From a virus (lineage: Duplodnaviria > Caudoviricetes), in the IMG/VR virus record IMGVR_UViG_3300038334_000149, positions 1 to 34,126 of that record: a DNA stretch of 34,126 nt; one strand, 5' to 3'. Below the pieces are notes generated by a model. That model worked only from the letters and a program-made list of their open reading frames with translations. It made no database searches and was not told the origin of the DNA. The translations under genes were made by a program, and so were the position numbers. Shown here one piece after another: positions 27,245-34,126 of this stretch (its first letter is position 1; each line of letters opens with the position of its first letter).

Positions 27245-28035
27245 ACAGTATCATCTCCTGGGTAGGTGGGAAACGTCTCTTGAGAAAGAAAATACTCCCA
27301 CTCATACCTAAGCATGACATTTACTGTGAAGTATTCGGGGGTGCCGGTTGGGTACTGTTCGGTAAAAGTCCTAAGAAGGAAGATTGGCAGGTATCCAGTA
27401 AAAGCAGATACACAGAAGTCTATAACGATATAAATGGTGATCTGGTGAACTTCTGGAAGTACATCAAGCAGCACCCGGAAGCCTTTGTGACTGAGCTTAA
27501 CCAATACCTAATATCCAGAGAGCTATTCGACAGCTTTACTCAGCATGCACCCAAAACAGAACTGGAGAGAGCTATCCGATTTTACTTCCAACTCTCCTGC
27601 TCTTACGGCTCCAGGTCAAAGAACTTCTGCATCATGCAGGGTTATAAGTACATGCCCTTAAGACAACTGGAAAAGGTCAAGGCAGCCTCAGAACGTCTGC
27701 AGCAGGTGATCATCGAAAAACAGGACTTTGAGAAGATACTGAAGCGGTATGACACACCCAACACGTTCTTCTATCTCGACCCACCCTACTTCACAAAGGA
27801 GCATTTATACGACCGCGAAGATGCCGAAGCCTTTACCAAGCACGAAGAGATGGCACAGTTACTCAAGACCATCAAAGGCAAGTTCCTGCTATCTTATAAC
27901 GATGATCCTTATATCAGACAGCTGTATAAGGGCTTCACTATTGATGAGGTCGAAGCGCAGTACACCGTCTCAGGTAGTTTCCAGACTCAGACTGAGCTGC
28001 TGATTCGGAATAACAAAAGTGTTATTTCTCTGTAA
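27241..28035 (+). CDS. D12-class (Dam-like) N6-adenine DNA methyltransferase 2
   Basis: WVGGK, YCEVFGG, VYNDIN, FFYLDPPY, FLLSYND, ELLIRN. Confidence 0.92.
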   Translation: MNSIISWVGGKRLLRKKILPLIPKHDIYCEVFGGAGWVLFGKSPKKEDWQVSSKSRYTEVYNDINGDLVNFWKYIKQHPEAFVTELNQYLISRELFDSFTQHAPKTELERAIRFYFQLSCSYGSRSKNFCIMQGYKYMPLRQLEKVKAASERLQQVIIEKQDFEKILKRYDTPNTFFYLDPPYFTKEHLYDREDAEAFTKHEEMAQLLKTIKGKFLLSYNDDPYIRQLYKGFTIDEVEAQYTVSGSFQTQTELLIRNNKSVISL

Positions 28036-28267
28036 GCCTACGTTGAATTTCTTTATTGATGGTTATAACAAAATAATCATGTAGGGCTGGAATGTGACCA
28101 AAATAAAAGAATCCTTGATCTCTAAGGTTTTCCAAATCCTCAATCCTCGCAAGAATTTTGATTTTCTCTTCAAAGTCCTTCAAGCTTTGTTCCATAGAAT
28201 CATTCAGATGTTTGATAAACTTATCGATTTCGTCAAGTTCATTAGTTGTGTTTGTGTTATCTACCAT
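28022..28267 (-). CDS. Antisense moron, small helical hypothetical protein
   Basis: AT-rich, AGGAG RBS, 81 aa. Confidence 0.6.
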   Translation of the reverse strand: MVDNTNTTNELDEIDKFIKHLNDSMEQSLKDFEEKIKILARIEDLENLRDQGFFYFGHIPALHDYFVITINKEIQRRLTEK

Positions 28268-28329
28268 GATAAACTCCTATTGGACATTTGTTTCAATATC
28301 CAGCGTATCGTCACATTGTCAATAGCAAT

Positions 28330-30951
28330 ATGCCTGATTTAACTTTCAAACTCATCCTCATCACAGACGATGCCAATGTCAAGCTTGCCGAAGTCAAGCA
28401 GGAGGCGGAATCCGCTAAGTCATCGGTGGAAAAGCCCATCTCGGTTAAGGTGACTGCTGAACAGGCTTTGGCTACTATTCGGGATGTGAAGATAGCCTTC
28501 GATGGAGTGCTGCAGGTGGTCAGTTCAGTGATTAATACTATGAATGGTTACTTGAATGCATCTCTGGAAGCCAGACAATCTGCTATCCTGGCTAAGGTAG
28601 CCTTTGGTGAGTATGCAGGGGCGATGGGAGAGTTTGCTCAGAAGATGCAAAGACTGACCAACTTCGATGGTGACCAGTTGTTGGCTCTGATGGCTAAGAT
28701 GGCTCAGACCTATAAACTGAATAAGGGTGAGATTGAGCAGTTGACTCCGGTGCTGCTGGACTTTGCCGAAGCCAATAAATCGACAGGGATGACCATCGAC
28801 TCTGCCTTCGATCTGATGGGTCGGGCTCTGAATGGACACACTGAGATGCTGGGTCGCTATGGTATTGAACTGGATGCCACTAAATTGAAGACCGAAGGTG
28901 TATCCTATTTAGTGGAAAAGCTGACTGCCGATTATGGTGGAACTGCTCTGGCTCTGGCTGATTTGCGCGTGCAGAATGCCAATGCCTGGGGAGATGTCAA
29001 AGAGTCTATTGGTGATATGCTCAATGTCCTGATTGCTCCTCTGCTGAGTGGTCTGCGCTGGTTAATGGATGCCTATCAAAGCCTGTCTCCCCTGATGAAA
29101 GGCTTCGTTACAGGTTTATTGGTAGCCATACCGGTTATTGCTACTGTTACCACTGCTGTGATTACCCTGACAGCAGCATACACTGCTCTCAAGATAGCCA
29201 TCAATCCTGTAGCCGGTATCATCGGGATTGCCGTGGGAGCGGTTGCCGGTCTCGGCTTTGCCTATGCTGCTACTGAAGTAGCCAATAAAGCCGCTATGGA
29301 AACTCAGGATCAATACAAAGACAAAGTGGATGAGACCACCGACAGCGTGGAGTCCTTAGTTGCCAAGCACAAAGAGATTGCCCTAAGTATCGACTACGCC
29401 GAAGCTAAACGGCGACTGGGTGAGATTAAACAGGAAATGGCAGACTATGAAGATACGGTTAAACAGATGCAGACTGACCTGGTCTTGGTCAGTTCCGATT
29501 ACTTTGACAGGCAGAAGGAACGCACCATTGAAGCGGCTGAACTGGCTAAGAAGATAGCGATTGAAGATGCCAAAGCTATATCCGAGTTCAATAAGGAAAA
29601 GGTAAGGATTGAGACTGAAGCTTCTCTATCTGGGATAGCTTTGCTGGAGTATAAACTGGAATACACCAAACAGCATTACAAAGCGTTGGGAGCCGTTAAC
29701 GCTCTGAATGCCGATGAGCAAATCTCCACTCTGGAACGTATCAAAAGCTATGAACAGCAGCTTGCCCAAGCCAAACAAAGTGACTTAGAGTCCATGTCAG
29801 CTCTTGAGCAGAAGTATAACACTCTGACTATTGATGATGCAGTTCAACGCAGACAAAGAGAACTGGAAATCCTGCGGGATACCGAGTTAGAGAAAGCCCG
29901 GTCACTCAATGCCTCCGAAGCTGTACTCGCCAATATCAGCAGTTACTATGCCAAAGAGATTACCAAGGTAGAGTCTGATGCTTCTGCTCAGAAGGTCCGG
30001 CAAGCCGAAGTCGAACAGCGGGATAAGCTCAGAGTAGCAGAGGAAGAGAAGCGCAGATTACAGGACTTGGAAGATACCCGTAATGACTTTGCCCAGAGGT
30101 CTCTGGACTTAACAGGTAATACTTACCAGGCAGAGTTGGATGCCATCGATAACTACTATACCAGAAAGAGGGATAAACTCATCCAGGCAGGTCTTACAGA
30201 GGAGCAGATTACCAAGCAGACCGAATTAGCCAAATCCAGAATCAGAGAGCAGTATGACCAGAAGCACTTTGAAGGGGTCAGTTCCATCCTCGGCAACCTT
30301 GCCAAGACCAGTGAAGCCTTCGGCAAGAAAGGTTTTGCGCTGTGGAAGACACTGTCTATAGCCCAGGCAATGATGGATACCTATTCCTCTGCCACTGCTG
30401 CTTACAAAGCAATGGCAGGCATTCCGGTGGTTGGACCCGGTCTGGCAATCGCTGCTGCTGCCGCAGCTATCGGAGCGGGTCTGGCGAATGTGGCAGCTAT
30501 CAGTAATACCGAACCACCCAAGGCAGCTAAAGGCGGTATGTTAGTCGGTAACTCCCATAGCTCCGGTGGCATCATCCTTGAAGCCGAAGGTGATGAGTAT
30601 ATCACTGCCAAAGATAGGGTTCGAGCATTGGGAAGAGGACTATTTGACTTCCTCAACTTCGCTCCTCTGAATCAGGTCAAGCTTGCCTTTGCCGGACTGC
30701 CTATACCCAGTGTGCCCTTGCCTGCCAACCTCGGCTCATATTATGCCTCAGGTGGCAGTATCAGTAGTAATGGGAGTATAACTGCGCTCCTGGAAATAAT
30801 GAGAGATATGCGGGATCAGATAGTGGAGATGAAGCAGAACATCAAAGACTCCAAACCCATCATTGACATCCATGTCGATCCACTATCCAATGATCCTGTA
30901 AAAGTGAGTGAAATCGCCGAAGCTGGACAGTTGATTAGGTCAACTATCTGA
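28330..30951 (+). CDS. Tail tape measure protein
   Basis: Long Ala-rich helical protein, LGRYGI motif, hydrophobic stretches, C-terminal AKGG..GNSHSSGG; ATG 28330. Confidence 0.88.
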   Translation: MPDLTFKLILITDDANVKLAEVKQEAESAKSSVEKPISVKVTAEQALATIRDVKIAFDGVLQVVSSVINTMNGYLNASLEARQSAILAKVAFGEYAGAMGEFAQKMQRLTNFDGDQLLALMAKMAQTYKLNKGEIEQLTPVLLDFAEANKSTGMTIDSAFDLMGRALNGHTEMLGRYGIELDATKLKTEGVSYLVEKLTADYGGTALALADLRVQNANAWGDVKESIGDMLNVLIAPLLSGLRWLMDAYQSLSPLMKGFVTGLLVAIPVIATVTTAVITLTAAYTALKIAINPVAGIIGIAVGAVAGLGFAYAATEVANKAAMETQDQYKDKVDETTDSVESLVAKHKEIALSIDYAEAKRRLGEIKQEMADYEDTVKQMQTDLVLVSSDYFDRQKERTIEAAELAKKIAIEDAKAISEFNKEKVRIETEASLSGIALLEYKLEYTKQHYKALGAVNALNADEQISTLERIKSYEQQLAQAKQSDLESMSALEQKYNTLTIDDAVQRRQRELEILRDTELEKARSLNASEAVLANISSYYAKEITKVESDASAQKVRQAEVEQRDKLRVAEEEKRRLQDLEDTRNDFAQRSLDLTGNTYQAELDAIDNYYTRKRDKLIQAGLTEEQITKQTELAKSRIREQYDQKHFEGVSSILGNLAKTSEAFGKKGFALWKTLSIAQAMMDTYSSATAAYKAMAGIPVVGPGLAIAAAAAAIGAGLANVAAISNTEPPKAAKGGMLVGNSHSSGGIILEAEGDEYITAKDRVRALGRGLFDFLNFAPLNQVKLAFAGLPIPSVPLPANLGSYYASGGSISSNGSITALLEIMRDMRDQIVEMKQNIKDSKPIIDIHVDPLSNDPVKVSEIAEAGQLIRSTI

Positions 30952-31452
30952 GTCTATTATGTTAATTGATTTTGCTTTGTTGTACGCAAATTTAAAGGAA
31001 TAAGTTATGCCTTCACTTCTACCTAGTTTGTTTAAATCCTCTAAAGACCCAGATTTGTTAGGGGGGTTATTAGGAAATATGATGTCAATGGGAGTGTTTC
31101 CCGGCTTAACCGAAGCACTTGAAACAGTTAAAATGTGTGTCCTTGTAGGATACTTTGCATGCTCAATAAGACCCTGACAAGAAGCATTGCTTACTTTGTT
31201 ATGAATGTATATATAAGGATGTTCATCTATTACGTTTTGTCCATTATTCTTGTCATTTCTATACAAAATGCAAGTATATACATTAAGATCACCACTTACG
31301 CAATGTGCTACGATAGCCTTAGAAATTTTCTTATTAAGTCTATCTGGCAGGAAAGTAAGTTCACTTGGCTCAAACAAGCGATACTCACTAACTGGGCAAG
31401 CATTAGACAATTCTTTAGAAGTCCAATTAAACCTTGTGTTTACGAATCTCAT
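30940..31452 (-). CDS. Antisense moron, hypothetical protein
   Basis: AT-rich; AAGGAG RBS supports ATG 31452; candidate promoter TTGCCA-17-TAATGT at 31505-31477. Confidence 0.65.
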   Translation of the reverse strand: MRFVNTRFNWTSKELSNACPVSEYRLFEPSELTFLPDRLNKKISKAIVAHCVSGDLNVYTCILYRNDKNNGQNVIDEHPYIYIHNKVSNASCQGLIEHAKYPTRTHILTVSSASVKPGNTPIDIIFPNNPPNKSGSLEDLNKLGRSEGITYSFKFAYNKAKSINIIDSDS

Positions 31453-31513
31453 AGCATTCTCCTTGTGCACGAATTAACATTATTTGATACCCTAAAATAT
31501 GGCAATACAAATT

Positions 31514-32995
31514 ATGAACTTGTTTAGAATAGACTTCATCATGGGCAAGACAGATGCTACGGAATATGGTCAGGTAGTGAATACCTTGATTGATAACAAT
31601 ACTATCAGGCAGATCATCACTTTAAGTGTCTCTGCTGATAAACTGCAGTCCATCTCCAATTATAGCAGAGAACCCAAGCGATTGACCTTCGAGTGCTTTC
31701 CTGATACCTGGATCAATGACCACATCCTATCGGGTAGCAATGAGCATGAGCGGTATATCTCTTACTATGAAGTAAAAGTCTATCGGGATAATGCTCTGTT
31801 CTTTTCGGGGATAATCGATACCTCACAGTTGAGCTTTGATGTAAGCACCGGTATCCTGAAGCTCATCTGTTACGATAAGATTAAGCTACTCTCGGTCTAT
31901 TCTGACCTGACTCACTACTATAGCCTGACAGCCGGGTATCAGCCTATCTACATACTCGGTTACTTCCTGCAGGATATCGAGCAGACTATCCCAATCTCTA
32001 TTCCCTATAATGACCAGTTCAATCTTCCCATTCTTTCTATTACCATGGGAGATGCCTTGACTATAGCCCATGTCGATTATGATGATATCCTGCAGTTTCC
32101 CAATCCTCCGGGTGGATGGACATACACCTATCACAACTCATCCTGGGCATCACCTAGGTATGGCTTTATCGTAGATAGCTTAGCCAATAAAGTCACCTTT
32201 GCCTTTGCATTTAAGAAGGTCATTCAAGCTACCTATCCCAGTCCTGCCACCACCCGCTACCAAGGTCGATACCGGGGCAGAGTACTAAAGTTCTATAACA
32301 ACATCTGTCCTGTGGTGGAAGAGTATGATGAGAAGACCGGCTGGGAAGATAGCATCACTTCTCTGGATAATGCTTACAATGAACTACTCAGCTTCTTTAA
32401 TGACAATGGCATCTCTGAGGCTCAACTCAATACTCTGACCAGTACCGGCAGCTTGGGAACAAGCATTTACGGTAGCAGCCAAGCTGCCAATCAGTGGGTG
32501 GAAGCCGACTTTTATGGCAACCTTATGCCCACCAAGCTTCAGCCGGGTAAGTCTTATGAAACCGGACAGGCAGAGCAGACCGATAACCTGAAAGTCCTGC
32601 AGGCTATGTTGATGCTCTATAATGCCACTATCTTCACCACTCCCAATGGTAATATCGTTCTCAAGAACAAGGATGCCTATTCATCTACTATAATAGACAT
32701 AGCTGATGAGGATGTGGTATCCTTCATCTCCAAGCGAGGTAATCAGGAAAAGCCCGATATCAAAACCCTTGATATCCTGGCAGGTGATACCACTCAACTG
32801 CAGAGCAATGTCCAACCTCATCTGATAAACTTCTATGACTCCAAGTGGAGCATCGAAGCCACTATCGACAGGCTATCCCAGTACAACCTAAACCTGCAAT
32901 GCAAGATCAGGATCAAAACCATGGTCTATGCTATAACTGAACTGGAGCGTAACTATCTCAATGACGAATACAAAGTAAAGGCGTGGCTTATATGA
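31514..32995 (+). CDS. Putative tail tip/baseplate hub protein
   Basis: After tape measure; VYRDNALFFSGII and LICYD motifs seen in tail hub proteins. Confidence 0.55.
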   Translation: MNLFRIDFIMGKTDATEYGQVVNTLIDNNTIRQIITLSVSADKLQSISNYSREPKRLTFECFPDTWINDHILSGSNEHERYISYYEVKVYRDNALFFSGIIDTSQLSFDVSTGILKLICYDKIKLLSVYSDLTHYYSLTAGYQPIYILGYFLQDIEQTIPISIPYNDQFNLPILSITMGDALTIAHVDYDDILQFPNPPGGWTYTYHNSSWASPRYGFIVDSLANKVTFAFAFKKVIQATYPSPATTRYQGRYRGRVLKFYNNICPVVEEYDEKTGWEDSITSLDNAYNELLSFFNDNGISEAQLNTLTSTGSLGTSIYGSSQAANQWVEADFYGNLMPTKLQPGKSYETGQAEQTDNLKVLQAMLMLYNATIFTTPNGNIVLKNKDAYSSTIIDIADEDVVSFISKRGNQEKPDIKTLDILAGDTTQLQSNVQPHLINFYDSKWSIEATIDRLSQYNLNLQCKIRIKTMVYAITELERNYLNDEYKVKAWLI

Positions 32996-33435
32996 TAGGA
33001 TTTCGGATGATCAGAACCGGCAATGGTAACAGCTTCTATTCCTGTGAGAATGGTCAGGTAGAGTATGTTCCCAAGCTGAAGTACCGCATAGAGAAGAAGA
33101 ATGCCTTTGATCCGACTATCCTCCATCAAAGAGAACCCTATAGAGAGGATACCATCAATCTCGAAGCAATCCTCTATCCAGAAGAGTATAATGCTTTTCT
33201 CTACTTCCTGACCCAGGAAGGCAGGTTCTATATTGAGTTCACCTTTTATGGCACTCTCGTCAGGCAGTATCCTGTAATCGTTACGCAGTTGCCTAAAATG
33301 CCCGACGACCTGCATGAAGACCCGGAGAAGGTCAAGGTTACCTTAGAATCCAGATACACCGGAGAACTGACCTTCATCAACTTTGAATACATCTCAACCT
33401 TAGATGAGAATGAGACAGTCTTTCCAACCCATTAA
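32992..33435 (+). CDS. Putative distal tail protein
   Basis: ATGA coupling, size and context. Confidence 0.45.
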   Translation: MIGFRMIRTGNGNSFYSCENGQVEYVPKLKYRIEKKNAFDPTILHQREPYREDTINLEAILYPEEYNAFLYFLTQEGRFYIEFTFYGTLVRQYPVIVTQLPKMPDDLHEDPEKVKVTLESRYTGELTFINFEYISTLDENETVFPTH

Positions 33436-33469
33436 CCAACAACCATAAACAGAATAACAAGGAGATATC

Positions 33470-34126
33470 ATGTATAGATTTGCCATCAGCTATTACATAA
33501 TGAATGGAGTTACCAGGATACCCTTATCCGGAGTTACTATCCGCTTAGTCAGACCCGGAGATGTTTTCGAGAATGGAGTCAAACTGTCAGAAACACCAGC
33601 AGGCTCGGGCTATTATGAAACTGAAGTCCTCACTGAACCGAACTGGGGCTTTTACGAAGTCTGGGATGATAAAGTCAATCCTAATGGTGCCTTTTCAGGT
33701 AAGACCTGCACGGTCGGTAAGCTCGATGCAAGAGGAATCAAGGACAGTGCTATATACTCCAACCACATCCTGAATGAAGCCATTACACCCGAAAAGCTTG
33801 CCGATGATTGTATAGAGCCAAGACACGTCAAAGACAGCACAATATCGCTCTCCAGCCTGATCCATGAGCTTCAGGATGAGACCAGAGGTGTGGGCGACTC
33901 TTCCACCCATAGCCCGGCTATCTTCGATGTTGATAAATATGCAGATCACAAATTGGAGAAGGAATACAATGAGATACCACACGTAATTCTATCGACTCAG
34001 TGCGATGCTCATCTCTTTATCAAAGACATCAAACTGGACGGTCTCCAGGTAACTGTAAGCGTCGGCTTAGGACAGAGGTTTCAGGCTCAGGATTTGAAAT
34101 ACACAATTCTGGCTATCCAAGCATGA
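33470..34126 (+). CDS. Putative tail fibre/spike-related protein
   Basis: 10-residue periodic segment (AIYSNHILNE AITPEKLADD CIEPRHVKDS) typical of fibre shafts; AAGGAG RBS. Confidence 0.5.
   Translation: MYRFAISYYIMNGVTRIPLSGVTIRLVRPGDVFENGVKLSETPAGSGYYETEVLTEPNWGFYEVWDDKVNPNGAFSGKTCTVGKLDARGIKDSAIYSNHILNEAITPEKLADDCIEPRHVKDSTISLSSLIHELQDETRGVGDSSTHSPAIFDVDKYADHKLEKEYNEIPHVILSTQCDAHLFIKDIKLDGLQVTVSVGLGQRFQAQDLKYTILAIQA

Larger units (their letters stand above)
1..34126. mobile_element. Mu-like transposable prophage (siphovirus-type tail), ends outside the window
   Basis: Repressor divergent from a DDE transposase plus AAA ATPase, followed by terminase, MuF, portal, capsid, tail chaperone and tape measure. 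No integrase or tail sheath seen. Confidence 0.93.

Noticed and set aside
1-34126. Mu-type TG...CA ends, tail-fibre invertase, DGR, tRNA/rRNA genes
   Set aside because: None seen; the window begins and ends at gene boundaries, so termini and any right-end modules lie outside it.

Overview
Almost the whole window is a Mu-like (transposable) temperate prophage with siphovirus-type morphogenesis genes; neither genome end is visible. From left to right: an S24-type repressor; a control region with face-to-face promoters and a 12-bp direct/inverted repeat array; HTH, DDE transposase, MuB-like ATPase and early/middle genes; terminase and MuF; a ~9.5 kb AT-rich antisense defence cassette (PLD-nuclease/SNF2 helicase, large N6-adenine methyltransferase, short DprA/SLOG-like protein, RloC-like ABC-ATPase/HEPN protein); then endolysin, neck genes, portal, a protease-capsid fusion, putative tail tube, a tail chaperone with a -1 slippery site, two tandem Dam-like methyltransferases, tape measure and tail genes, interrupted by three small antisense morons. 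The best candidates for a new system are the four-gene RM-like/SLOG/RloC cassette and the repeat array lying inside the HTH gene upstream of the transposase. Family calls rest on motifs read by eye and gene context, not database searches.
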